From the NCBI RefSeq assembly GCF_009914755.1, contig NC_060936.1: a stretch of DNA of 64,000 nt; one strand, given 5' to 3'. Below, in pieces: positions 26,901 to 41,241 of this stretch. The notes beneath the pieces were generated by a model. That model did not search any database and was not told the DNA's origin. It worked only from the letters and a program-made list of their open reading frames with translations. Every line of letters begins with the position of its first letter. Position 1 is the stretch's first letter. The stretch is from the human T2T-CHM13v2.0 reference genome, Homo sapiens. Both the position numbers and the translations under genes were made by a program.

Positions 26901-27639
26901 GAATACATGGAAATAATATATGTCTGTATTGGCAAATTATGAGTGTAGTAATGAGGGATTTACATGGACACATTTACATTCTTTAGTTCAGACTCCCTTT
27001 GACGACACATAACAAACACACACAAGAATATTTGCCCTGTGTCCAGCACTCTTTTGAGAATTTCTCTCTTCTCCTCCTTCTGATATCCCAACCAACCAAC
27101 CAGTAGGAATGTGCCCTAGAAACTATGTTTTACAGCTCAGTCCACATCTTTTCACCTTACAAATTACTTATTGTTAGTTTCTTGGGAAAGTAAAATTGAG
27201 ATATTAAGATTCTATGAAATTGGTTGGTGGTATTGAAGACTGTGCTGCTGCTGCTGCTACTGCTCCAGAACTCTAGTGGAGATATTACAAATGGGAGCAG
27301 AAAAAGTGAGAAGGTGGTCTGTAGAGACAGAGCACAGCACAGAGGTAGAAAGGTTGAGATAAAGAAACAATGCAGTGAGAGAAGGAGAGAACACAGACAT
27401 AGAAACAGAGACATAAAGGCACCAGACACGAGAGCAGAGATAATTTAATAAGGCCGTAGTTTCTCTTGGATTTCCAGTTCCTTCTTTTAGTCAATTCTGA
27501 TATTTAGCACACTGCACTGCACCAGATATCTTGTCGCCTTCAAATAAAGTATTTTTCCCCCTTAAACATGCTAATTTGGGCTTGTATTATTTGCAATCAA
27601 TAGAATTGAGAAAAACACTCTATGTCATATCTGAACTAG

Positions 27640-28095
27640 TATATCAGAATGGTTTTCTGCCATTGGTAACAGAGACCCAGCTCAATGGCTTAAACACACA
27701 AGGGTTTATCCTGTCACATTAACAAAAAAAAAAGTGCAGAGTAGCAGTCCGGGGTTGGAATAGGGTCCACAAAGTCATCTGGGGCCAGGCTTCATCTATC
27801 TTTCTCTTACATCACAAGTGACTTCTGTCTACAAGGCCCCTCATGGTCCACAATTGATTGTTTTTACAACAGCTTTCCAAAGAGCAGAAAGAAAAACAAG
27901 TAGAAGAGCTTGTACTTTCTTTTCTATTTATGTCACTTCTGCTTACATCTCACTAGCCAGATATAGACATATGGCCCCATCTACCTGCACAGAAATCTCA
28001 GAAATGTAATTTTTCAGCTTGGCCATTGCCCAGGGTTCTGTTACTAGGGAAGAAGGAGAGAATGATTATTGGGAAGTGAGTAGTGAGTAGCAAAC
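27640..28095 (-). mobile_element. Old MaLR LTR (MLT1K/L-like)
   Basis: ggtaacagagacccagctcaatggcttaaac...cacttctgcttacatctcactagccaga...acatggcc; diverged. Confidence 0.5.
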
Positions 28096-28231
28096 TGTAT
28101 CCTTTCAGATATATATATATAGCCTCCAATACTATCTGCAAGCCCTCAAAAGAAGGGCACTTACCTTGAGTATAAACGGTGGTCCCTAGTTATAAGACAA
28201 CAACTCAACAATGAGTGTCTCTGTGTATATG

Positions 28232-28235
<4 letters not shown>

Positions 28236-28277
<42 letters not shown>
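28236..28277. repeat. (TA)21 microsatellite
   Basis: Read directly. Confidence 0.95.
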
Positions 28278-28280
<3 letters not shown>

Positions 28281-28510
28281 GCATGGAAGAAGTTTTATTC
28301 ATTTACTGTATATAGCTCAAAGCACATAATCCCTCGGCATGCATTCCTTTCAATAGGGTTCAGCTGTGGTTTCTATAAGACCAAAAGACAAGTTATTACC
28401 TCCACTAGATGAAATATAAAATGATAGTGAAGGGAATAGGAAAACTACATTTAAAAAATCCCTGTGTTGGGGTTGGGAGGAGGGAGAAAATCTATAGCTG
28501 TTACAGTTTC

Positions 28511-28567
28511 CCAGCAATGATCCAGTTCCGCAGCAATGACCCAGTTCTCCAGCAATGATCCAGTTCT
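28511..28567 (+). repeat. 19-bp tandem repeat x3 (ccagcaatgatccagttcY)
   Basis: Units at 28511, 28530 and 28549. Confidence 0.9.
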
Positions 28568-29741
28568 TCAGGTTGGAAACAGCACACACATGAAAGGATT
28601 GTGGCAATGGGAAGTTTTCTTGCTGACCTAGCTGGCAGCCCACAGCTCTTGTCCCTGGGACAATTTCCCATGGCCATTGTCTCCCACAGCCTCTTATACT
28701 GGTTGCCCCAGGAGGTTCTTCTTTCTCCATTGTCTTTCACAACCACATCTGACATCACATTGGAGAGTATTTCTTTCCTTGGGGTTACCTGCCTTTAGCA
28801 GTCCCCTTCCAGGTGGCATATGTTTAGCGGCCTGGAAACTTAGGGATTTTTATAGTCACAAGCTATTTCAGGACAGGCTTGGGGTTTCATCAGCCGTAAA
28901 GTTCTCTCAAAAATTTAGTAGATTTTAATCCATGTGCTGTTAGTAAGTGTCTGTGCAGGTGACTGCGGTAAAATATCTTCTTTTGTTTTAAACCTGAAGA
29001 CTTATTTCACCTACCAGCCTCCGTACTCTGTCCATCTGCAAGTCCTCAAAAGAAGGGCTGTTACCTTGAGTACAAACAGTGGTCTCTAGTGATAAGACAA
29101 CAACCTAAATCCCACCTTGCCAGTGACCCACCACACTGGCCATCTCCTGCTAAGGGTGTTACCAGCTAGCCTGCTTTGGACTGAGGTGCAAACGCAGTTG
29201 ACTTCCAACCCAACAAAACTCAAAATTATTGAATGTAGACATAAATTGCAGGCTTCAGGCAGAGTAGATCTACATGAATATCATGGCATTTCTTTTTATC
29301 TCTTCCATAGAGTGGCTGACTCTAGCCTGAGGGCAACTCTCACTTATAGAACAGGCAACACACACCAGCATATTGAGTTTTGCCAGTTGTCAGTACTAAA
29401 GCAACATGTCTCCTTTCAGGGAAAGTAGGAAATCAGATGTGTCACTTGTGATTCTGCTCAATGAGCTTCTTTCTTTTCCATTTTCTTGAAGCTCTAGACC
29501 TGCAGCTGCCATCAGCCCACATAGTGTATTGAGTCATCTGGAAACCAGACAGAACTTTCTTCCTCCCCACTGGTCAACTTGTCATGGAGAGCATGCAATA
29601 AATTTTTAGAAATGGGTTGAGGTAGAGCTGGTGGAAAAGGAGGGAGTGAGTTATCTGCTCAGCCACTTACCCAAGGAGGGCTTCCAGCTCTCCTTAAACC
29701 TGTGAGGTGGTGATTGCCCTGCTTGGCTTCATGGCCCACAC

Positions 29742-29902
29742 CTCTGCTGTCCAATTCAGCAGCCAGTAACTAGGCACATGCGTCCCCTAAGCACTTGAAC
29801 CTGGCTTGTCTAAATTGAGATGTGATGGAGGTATAAAATACACATTATACTTTAGACTCAGTACAAAAAATTGTAAAATAGCTCGATAATTATAATTGAT
29901 TA
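29742..29902. mobile_element. MER3-like hAT-Charlie element fragment
   Basis: gctgtccaat...aagcacttgaa...aattgagatgtg...gtataaaatacac. Confidence 0.65.
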
Positions 29903-31104
29903 TTTTCACTTGGGAGATTTGATGAAGCTGAGAATTCTACTTACATTGTAATCCAGCAACCCACTGGATTCGTCTCTTCCACTGATATTTGGCTGCTAGA
30001 GATGAGATTCCTTGAAAGTAATCATTTAAATGCTATGGTTTATTACCATGACTTAAATAGAGAATTTATAGCTTTGTACCTGACATTGTTTTTAAAGTTT
30101 TTTAGTACAATTACAAGTGGCCAGCAGTTCTCTCACTTTCTCAAGAGTCATTCCAGTGCTGTGCTTTTCATGTCTTATGACCACTACTTGGTCCACCAAA
30201 ACTTTGCCTTTAAGAAAGAGGCTAATACAAAAAGAAAACAATTCTGCTTTGCAGAAATATTTATGGATTATTATGCCATAACAGAGAGTAAATGCTTGGG
30301 TAAGGAACACCAATATGTCAAAATGAGCTAAGGTTTGGAAAGAGGTTATCTGGAGAAATATTTACTTTTTTAGACAAAAAGTTTCAAGATATTGTCATTC
30401 AATTTAAAATATGTAATAGGTATGGAAATTAGGGGAATCCTCTAAGCAACTCTGCAAGTTGTGCAAACTTTTAGCTCTATTTCCTATGAAACAAAGGGAT
30501 TGGACTAGATGATGACCAAGATTCCCTTCCGTTCTGTCTTTGAATTATGACATTTGGGTTAAATACTGCAGGAGTGTGTGTGTGCAAAATCCTCTTGAAC
30601 AAATTCCCTAAACAGTCCAAAACTCATAAGGAGTTGCTTGCATTTGGTTCCTGTCTTTTAAGTCTTAATGGACACTAGAACACACCAGCTTTCTATTCTC
30701 AGTCATAACATAGCTATAAATAGAAAAAGTGCTACAGGCTTATCACTCAGAGTCTCTGCTGGCAGTGACAGCTTTGTGGAAACAGAAGGCATTAAAATAC
30801 TAGCCAAAGGCAAATTCTTTGTTGAGATTCTTGATCAGGTTCTAGAGCAACATTCCTGGGAACAACACCATTCCCAACATCTTCCATGATTTTAGCAGAT
30901 TCCATTATCTGAGATGATATCCCTTTTGCTTTCTTTCTTTTCTTTCTCCCTACATTCATAGTCAAATGCAATTTTGAAAATCTAAGTCATCATCTGAGGG
31001 CCTGAAATTATAATAGTCTCATTATCTTTTATTCAAAAGGGTAGAGGTTACTGTTATTGTTGCTTTAATCAATATGGAGAACTAGCAACTACAACATTAG
31101 CTGT

Positions 31105-31410
<306 letters not shown>

Positions 31411-31800
31411 CTATAGTCAAAATCCACATTTCATTATGATTGGATTTCAATCTAACTCTGCTTTTGGAAGGAAACGAAGGAAAAAAACACAACTTTTCCT
31501 CTCTACTTATGTCCCACTCAAAACAACTGGGATGGGAATGAGTTTGTTTGAAGGCCATGCCTATATTCTTATGGGGTTGAATAAGCCAGGCAAAATATAA
31601 ACCACAGCCAATGACCAGATTTTCTTTTCCTCGTTCCTTATACAGGAAGGGAGTCATTATTAAAAGTAGCGTAACAACTAGGCTAAGACCATTATAACTC
31701 TTGGATAAAACACCATCGGAAATGTAGAGCCAAGAAAAGATAAAGTTTTTATTTTATTCATCATCAGAAAAATCACTTTGGTGGAACAGAACACTGAAAA

Positions 31801-31989
31801 TCAGTGGTTCTAAGTGTGATCTGGTATCACAGTCTCCAAGGGGGCTTGTTAAAACACAGGCTGCTGGGGCTTAACTCCAGCATTTCTGATTTCTCAAGGT
31901 GGGGTGGGGTCCAAGAATTTTTATTTCTCACAGGTCTACAGGTGGTACTGATACTGTTGGTTTGGGGAACCTCACTTTGAGAATAATTC
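31801..31989. mobile_element. MER5A
   Basis: cagtggttct...gggcttgttaaaacacag...tttctgatt...ggggtggggtccaagaattt...cactttgagaa. Confidence 0.8.
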
Positions 31990-32937
31990 CTTTAAGGTAT
32001 CATCATAACAAAGAATGTGAGTGCTCTACTTGATCAGTTCAATGTCTGAACCTGAGCTGTTTAGGAGGGCAAGAGGATCAATTTGCAATCAAACTCTAGA
32101 TTACACCCATATTCTATCCACCTTCTAGCTCTCCTGCTTTTGGGGGTGGAGGGGAATGCTGACAAGGTTGAGATGCAAGAGACACTGTTTCAAGCAATTA
32201 TAAATGCATGCAACTTGCTTATCATCCTTTTGGAGGAGATGGGCTTGAAGTCAGATTCTCCTCAGCAGTCTTCATTGAAAAAGAGTCAGAAACTACATGA
32301 TTTTCTTCTAACTTCCACACTCACAGAAATATTAGTTTTGTTTCTCTTCCCATTAGTGGTTTCTAAGAATCATCAGCAGAAACCCCTCAAGGAATCAGGT
32401 AGTGGCACTAATTAGGCTGAGTCATAATACTAAGGTGAAGCCACACAGGGCAGTTTCTGGCCCAGAATAAAAACGTCTCTGAGTTATAAGAATATGACAG
32501 TGATTCAGTTGTCATTCCTGTGTGCCTACCATGTTCCTAGCATATAACATACTAATGCATCTTGCACAGGGCCTTGTTATATATCAGGTTCTTAATAAAG
32601 ACTGAATGAATGGATGAGTGAGGGAATGAATGAATGTAAAAAAATCAGTACTACAATGTCTTGTATGTGGTGTCACACCAGCCCAGTGAACTTGCTGAGT
32701 TGAAGTCTATACCTTAGCAATATTTACCTCAACTTCTGTGCTTTACATTAGCATCAGCATTTTGTGAGGAAAGTATAAATTGTGATGTCTGCTCCGTTCA
32801 CAGGAATGCTTCCAATGGCGACCTCCAATTCATTTAGTAAATTTCAGTCTTCTTGGTCACAGAGTGGGCAAGACCAATCAGAATATCCCATTTTCCTGTC
32901 CACAGTGATGGATCCAAGAGGCAGTCAGATGACCTAA

Positions 32938-33294
<357 letters not shown>

Positions 33295-34251
33295 TTACAT
33301 TGATATTTCAAAGGAGATATTGCTTTTTCTTTCTTGTCATATTGCTTTTAGGCTGTCACCTGGGCAGATGCCAACTGGGTAAATAGATATGTAAGTCGGG
33401 AGTTAAAAAGAGAGAGAAAGGTTGAGGCAAAAAGTAAAAATTTATGAGTGTGCTGAGAGACTTATCCCTAAGCCTACTTGCTTCTTTTCCTGGGTTCACA
33501 TCTAGATTAAAGTTTCCAGCCACCCTTGCAATTTAAATCTGGTCATATGACCAAATTCTAGCCAGTATTATATGAGCGAAAGTGATGGATGCCATTCTCT
33601 GGCCCATAAAAATCTCTTGTGCCTGATCCTTTCACTTTTCACTCACTTGTTACAATCAAATATGACAACCTTGAAAGCTATGTGTCGAAAACAGCAGAAC
33701 TAAAAAATAGAAAGAGCCTACATCTCCCCATTGAGAGGGTTGTTGACTAATCAAGAACATTCAGTTTGGACTTCATATCAGCTGGAAATGAGTCTATCAT
33801 GCTTAATCATTATATATTTTTGAATTTGTTATATCAGGTAGCATTATTTTAACTAGTAAAGGAATTAGGGTATAAATGCCATTTAAAGCATGAGGTTATA
33901 TGACATCTCCTAGGGAGAGGAGTTAGATAGGGAAGAGAAATGATATGAAGACTGAGCCCTGAGTCACTTCAACATTTAAAAATTAGGAAAAAGAAGGAAA
34001 TTGGCAAAGGAGTCTGAGAAGGACTATCTAAGTGGGTGGGAGAAAATCAAGGGGACTGTGATGTTCTTGTAATAACATGAAGAAAAATGTCAGAGAAGGA
34101 AGGAGTAATGTGCTATATTTAGTCCCTGAGATGCTTTGTTTCCGCACGTTTTTTCAATTTTATGAGCTGCTTCAGTATTCTTCCAATACATTTCCTGTTT
34201 TTTTAAAAAAAGTAATTTGTGTTAGAGTTTTGTCAACCAAGAGTCGTTGAC

Positions 34252-34773
34252 TGTGGTAGGCACCCTCTAAGATGGCCCCCAGGGACTTCTGCCTACTGGT
34301 ATTCATGTCCTTGATAATCTCCTCCTGCCTTGAGTATGGACTGAACTGACCGATGTACTTCTAATCAATAGATTGTCACAGAAGCAATGGGATGTCACTT
34401 CTGATATTAGGTGAAAAGAAAATTGTGACTCCCACCATTGGTGCACTCGCACATGCACTCTCTTGGATCATTTCATCCTGAGGAAAGCCATTGCTAGGGT
34501 GTGAGATTGTGTAGAGGCCCATGTGGCAATGGACTGAGAACTTCCAATACCATGTGAATGAGCTTGAAATGGATCTCCCATCCTGGCTGAACCTTTGGAT
34601 GAGACATCTATCCCAGACTACATCTTATGAGTGAAACCTCATAAAAGATCTTGAGCCAAAACCACCAGTGAAGCCACGTTCAGGTTTTTTATCTACAGAA
34701 ACAGTGAGATAAGTTATTTTTAGCCATTAAATTTTGAGGGTAATTTGTTATGAAGCAATAGAAAACTAATGCA
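34252..34773 (+). mobile_element. MLT1F-type MaLR LTR
   Basis: tgtggtaggcaccctctaagatggcccc...gggatgtcacttctg...taatttgttatgaagcaatagaaaactaat. Confidence 0.8.
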
Positions 34774-34867
34774 TTCATTAACATGCTTGATGGGTACAGA
34801 GATAAACATTTTCATTACTTATAATGAAGTAGTGAACAGCCTAAGAATATTTGCTTATTTGTTCTAT

Positions 34868-35790
34868 TTGTTCAACCAATATTTTTAGACATTTACTCTA
34901 AACCAGCATTGTTTTAGACATCGGAGATATCAAAGTGACTGATACAGATCAAGTATGAGTAAGAAGATAATTTAAGATAAGGGTAGGTCTTAGCAAGAAA
35001 ATAAAAAGAATGGCATGATATAGAATTAGGCTTCTTTTTTGAGAGGTCAGGGGAAGCAGGGCTTCCTGAGAAAAGGTATTTGTGCTAAGAAGTAAATGAA
35101 GGAATGGACAGCCATGAAAACAGCAGTGGACAGAGATTTCCAAGAGAGAAAATGGTAAATGTGACACCCTGGGGTAGAAATGAAGCTACCATGTTTGAGA
35201 AGCAGAAAAAAGCTAGTATCGCTACTGTGTGAGGAGCAAAGGGAAGAGTGATCAGACATGTGGCTGCAGAGGGTAGACCTTGTAAGACAAGGAAGGATAT
35301 GAAGTTTGGATTTTATTCTAAAAAACTTACATTCAAATGATGAACATTAGCACAGAGACAAGACAATTTTGGAGATGGCTTCTTTGAGAGCAATTAACTG
35401 AGAGTGTGTGATAGAGTAATGAAGATGCTAGGGCTGCCAATCTGGATAGATTGGTTGACAGTTGGGGATTGCAGGGGGGCTATAGGAGAACATGGTCCTG
35501 ATGGATTTTTTAAAAAACAGAAATATAAAAATCTTGGGGAATGAGGTATTCCTGGGAGGAACACATGCAAAACCTCTGAGGCAGGCATGAGTTTGGATTC
35601 TTTAAAAAACTGAAAGATGACCAATAGGTCTGGAGCACAGTGAGCAAGACAGAGAGCTATAGGATGAGGCTGAAGAGGAATTCAGCCCACACTCTGCAGG
35701 TCTTGTAAAGCATGGTTAAGAGCTTGGATTTGGTTTGAAAAGCATCTGGAGTCTATTGAAGAATTAAAGTACAGAAATGATATTTTATTT
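34868..35790 (-). mobile_element. L2 LINE fragments
   Basis: Reverse L2 3' end (ttcaaccaatatt...) and typical L2 body motifs (tggattttattcta, ctggagcacagtgagcaag). Confidence 0.65.
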
Positions 35791-36972
35791 TCCTTATGCT
35801 CAAAACACAATGAAATTGAATCAAATACATAGTAATTTATTGAACAGCTCCTAAACTGTGTGCATGGGAATTAAAGAGGCAAGAGATGTACCCTGGTGTT
35901 GAGTGGGCACATAGGCCACAAGTGGAAATAGATAGGGGCTCAAAAATCCACATATGCGAGAGTCCAGAAGAGAAATGAATCCATTTATTCCATGAGAGTA
36001 ATGGCAAGACTAGAGAAGAGAAGACTTTCAACCTGGATCTCACAGGATGAGTGGAGCTCCCTAGGTAGACAAAGAAAGAAGAACCTCATAGAGAGTAGAA
36101 ATATATGTAAGAGCATGGAATATTTGGCAGGGCTTGCACTATCCAGGGAGTGGGAAACAAGTTAATATTACTGAGTCCATGGAGAAAAAGTGAGAGGAGA
36201 GAAATAAAGCTTCAGATGTAGGTCAAGACTTTCAAATATTTAGCTTGGAGAGGGTCTTTTAAGGCTTAATATCAAGAATTGCCACTCATTGTTCCATCAT
36301 AAACTTGTATTGAGAAACTACTATGTTCCATGCATTCTTTATCATGTGATCACATTTATGATTCACCTAAAAACCACATTTTAGATACAAAATTTGAAGC
36401 TTCTAAAGGCAAGTTACTATGCCTAAAGATGCACAGCTAGCAGGTGGCAAGCTGTGAAATCAAACTTGTATTCACTCTCTAAAGGATGTGTTTAGAGAGA
36501 CTGAGTGGAACTTTATGGTTGGTGAAGGGTTCACATGTAGTAGTAGAGAGAGAAATCACTGAGGGTAGGTTGACTCCAAAGGTAGGTTGGAATCAGATTG
36601 AGGAAGGTTACTTTGAATATGAAGCTAAGGAGTTTGTACTAAATCTTGAGATAATAGGAATAAAGATTTTTGAGCAAAGAGTTGACATGATTGCAGTCTT
36701 GTTGGGAAGATTTATGAGGTGTCTGTTTACATCAATGTGAATTACCAGGGAAGAGACCAAAGGAAGAAGGGCCTATCAAGAAGCTAGCTCAGGCATATGA
36801 TGATAGGAGTCTAAACTGAGTGGTGACAACAAAAATGGAAAGAAAGAGAGGAATGAGAGTAATTCCTCCAGGAACGAGTCATTAGGGTTTGGTGACTAGA
36901 TTAATATAGGCATACGGAAGGTGAGGTTATGAAGAGTAAGTCTAAATAATTATAAGAATGGTGCTACAATAT

Positions 36973-37291
<319 letters not shown>

Positions 37292-37483
37292 TCAGCAGAA
37301 GGACCGAGTTTGAGTGAAGTGAGTAAGATGAAAGAAGATGAATATCAATCATATAAGTTGGATTAGAGGTAACAACATTGAAAGTGAATGTGTAGCTAGA
37401 GAGCAGAAGGGGCCTTAGCCAAAAATAATGATTTGAGGTTCATCTGCATAGAGGCAATAGGCAATTAAAATCCTGAGTGGTGG

Positions 37484-37783
37484 AATCCCACCACTTTGGG
37501 AGACTGAGGCAGGAGGATCACTTGAGCCCAGGAGTTCAAGGCCAGCCTGGGCAACATAGTGAAACCCTGACTCTGCAAAAAATGAAAAAAAATTAGCCAG
37601 GTATGGTGGCATGTGCCTATAGTCCCAGCTACTTGGGAGACTAAGGCAGGAGGATTGTTTGAGTCCAGAAGGTCAAGGCTACAACAAGCTGTGAATGCAC
37701 CACCGCATTCCAGCCTGAGTGACAGAGTAAGATCCTGTCTCAAAAAATAAAGTAAAAAAATTAATTAATTAAAAAAAATAAAA
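37484..37783 (+). mobile_element. AluJ, 5'-truncated
   Basis: Starts at aatcccaccactttggg; J diagnostics present. Confidence 0.9.
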
Positions 37784-40482
37784 TATTGAGAGTTTGTAAG
37801 TTTCTAAAGAAGGACACAAAAGAGCAGTGTTACAGATGCTACTTGTTTCCAACATCCATTCCCCATCTTGACCTCCCTAACCAAATTCCCATTTGGTTCA
37901 GCTATACCCCACCTCCCTTCAGCCATGTGCTTCCCTCAAAGGTGTTTCCAGATACAGAGAGTGGATCCTGAGCAATCTAAGCCAACAGTGGTCCATCCCA
38001 TCTCTCTCAGGAATGTGCACAGGACACAAAACTAGGTAATGAGACAGAAGTAAAGAGCCTAAGGAGGCAGATGGCTCCCCTGTGCCCCTGGACATTGTCC
38101 TATTTCTGTCCTAACTCAAAACCTGGAACTGCTATGCCATCCTCCGCCTCTGAGAGTCAGGCTTCATTGAGCAAAATCATCCCTTGATACAATGAGGAAC
38201 CATGTCTCTGAAATTACTCAAGAACAACCAAACCTCTGAAATCAGTTTCAAACATCTAAAAACCAGTGAAACACAAAAAAGCCTTAGTCAGAAGCTAAGG
38301 AAGACAAAAAAAAAAAAAAATTAAGTTAGGTTCTAAACCAGGTGTCAGGAAAGTGAAAAGAAGCTGGAGATTTTGACAGAGCTTAGGACATGCTGGGGTG
38401 AAATACCCAAACAGAGATAAAGTGAACGAGACCTAGGAGACAACATTTGGAGGCAATAATCTTTTCTGACCAGCAAATTCAAAGAGCTGCTCTTCACGGG
38501 ATTCCTGAGGTGATTCTAGGGACAGCAAAAGGTTATTTCTGAACTATTACACACATTCTCTTTTTTAAGAGAAATACTCACATCGACAGGGCAAGTCATT
38601 CCAAAACCAGCCTCGATACAGCTATTACTCAGATTCACCTTGTCAGTATGAAAATATGGGTTGAAATGGACTTTGCTACTTGAAATTAAGTGTGATCACA
38701 CTCAGTAGCCAAGAGAAGCACTCCAATCCAAACTGCAATTATGAGAGGCTGGGAGCCACAGGGAGTGGGGTGTAGCATTCAGAAAAAGAGAAGGGGTTCA
38801 TTCTCTGGGATTTTCCCTGTTTGCAGCCTGAATCCCACATGAATGTTCTTTCTCTTCCGTCATTCGTTTTTCCTGCGTTCAGCATCCTCTTCTCACTTCT
38901 CCCTCACAGTTATCTCTCCCTTGGAGAGAGTAATCTGGACCCTTGGGTGACAGTCATATGTGGCTTTCACGAGCTGCTGGAATTAACTAAAACTCACTCT
39001 TTCCCAATAAATCTCCCCTGAGCCGACACACAGCAGCTGCGAATTCCCAGCATGGGCCTGGACAAAATGCTAAGAAAAACTGGCTGTGTTCCTGAATCTT
39101 GCTCGTCATTGGTCCCCAAGAATCCTGGACATTGACACCCAGATATTCCAAAACGATTTGTGCTTTTCCAAGCTCGGCTCTTTACTTAACCTGCCTTGAA
39201 GATTTGGCACTATAATTTCCCAGAAGTGCAGGCTGGGCTTGTTTTGAGAAAAGGTGAAATGGACAAGAGACAGAGTTCAGAAAATAGTGATTAAATACAA
39301 ACAGCACCAGCTATTAAGCAAGAGTCAAGGCCAGGAAATGCAAATAAAATTGCCGAGGGTTGTTTAGACAGTGGCCACTCAGAAGGAGAGGTAATATTTG
39401 GTTGTAAAGTGAGGCCACAGACATCTTTTCTGATTTAATGAATTTGTGATAGTTTACTTCTTTTCCCAGCTTTCATTTCATTTGTGGGGCGATGGCTGGG
39501 GGATGTAGGGGATATGGAAAGTTGAGCACAAGTGCACGAAGTATTTACTGGCTAAAGATGCCTATGCTTCTGCCAAGATTGTGTTTATTTGTTAAAAATA
39601 TACTTCATTGTGTTGTTACAAAACTAAATCTGTCCCCAGCCCCCATGGAGACAGGGCGATTTGGTTTCAGGGTGAGGTGCCAGCTAGTGCTTTCAGGGGC
39701 ATTAATGTGCCAGCTGCTCCTCCAGTATTCATTTTATTTGCAGTCCCTAGGCTGGTTTTACACTTTGTGTTTTTTTGTAAGGAAATCAGGATTAGAGAGC
39801 CTTTTGTCACTGATGGGGAGGGGGAGAGAAGTATCCCCTTTGAGCTCCATACACAGGGGCAGCCTAACGGGCAAGGCTCAAAGCTTTGATTTACTTCTCA
39901 TTCGCTAACATTTTCAAAAAGAAAGGATCCACCGCGTCAAGCTGTTCTGTTGGAAGCTTGTAAGGCAGTAGATTTGGGAACTGGAGTTTCCAGAATGCAA
40001 TCTGCAGCCACCAGGCCAGGGTTACCTTTAAGCTCCATGCAGATTAAACATGCCCAGCCTGGGCAAGAGGCATCTGTAGAAAGGAACCCCTCAATATCAA
40101 ACAGCGAAAGGCATTATTGGGTGGTCCCTGTTTAAGGGCTGAAGAGAGTGAGTGGATTCCTATTGATTTTTATGAAGTTAATTCTTTTTACCCACTTAGA
40201 AATGCCAAACTGCTACTAGGGTCCAAAGTCCCTTCACTGGCCAGCTCGTCCCAGTGCAGTGACCAGTGACCTGCTGGAACCACTCCAGCGAGAGTCTCCT
40301 CTGCTGAACAAATCACCCAGCCTCCAAAAGAAAGAAGAAGCTGCTTTTAGTGAGCAACTCCTCTTAAAATGGAATTGCTAAACACACACTCACGCATACA
40401 CACACACGTACACACATCATCATGCAATTTTTTGGTGGATGTTTGTGACAGGAAGAAATTACTAACAAAATTTCCCCAATAA

Positions 40483-40911
<429 letters not shown>

Positions 40912-41209
40912 TAGGATGGAGCAGGGGTGGAAAAGTGCAGGAACATTAGGCCTTGTCTGTGTATTGGCTCCGTTAGGAGCTATTGTTGCTCAGCAGCTGT
41001 TCCTCTTGCTTCTTAGGAAGCCCTGCCTGCAAGTGGGCTGGGGAACCAGTGTGACACTGGCAGCTGGGGGAAGTGGGGAGGAACATCGAATATTTTTTCA
41101 CCATGAGAAAGATGGGCTTTGTTTCTCAAAAAAGAACAGAGATCCTGTTTCTGGGTAGCTGTTATCAGAAACTGGTTTTAATAAATACAGTTGGAGAGTG
41201 AAAGTAAGA

Positions 41210-41241
41210 GTGTGTGTGTGTGTGTGCGCGTGCGTGTGTGT
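41210..41241. repeat. (TG)n/(CG) alternating purine-pyrimidine tract
   Basis: gtgtgtgtgtgtgtgtgcgcgtgcgtgtgtgt. Confidence 0.9.

Larger units (their letters stand above)
28121..29104 (+). repeat. Dispersed direct repeat: 28134-28204 vs 29034-29104 (64/71 identical, offset 900 bp)
   Basis: atctgcaag(c/t)cctcaaaagaagggc..ttaccttgagta(t/c)aaac(g/a)gtggtc(c/t)ctagt(t/g)ataagacaacaac occurs twice, each copy preceded by agcctcc. Confidence 0.95.

Noticed and set aside
27224-27448. ORF with a signal-peptide-like poly-Leu (MVVLKTVLLLLLLL...)
   Set aside because: It has a non-ATG start, the Leu run is a short (CTG)n tract, and the remainder is purine-rich, probably decayed LTR sequence.
28511-28567. 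CRISPR-like array or other prokaryotic system
   Set aside because: The repeats are head-to-tail without unique spacers, and the DNA is primate genomic sequence.
39492-39908. Longest ORFs (138, 134 and 132 aa at 39492, 3392, 3973 and 5590)
   Set aside because: No recognisable domains or protein-like composition; these lengths are unremarkable for 64 kb in six frames with alternative starts.
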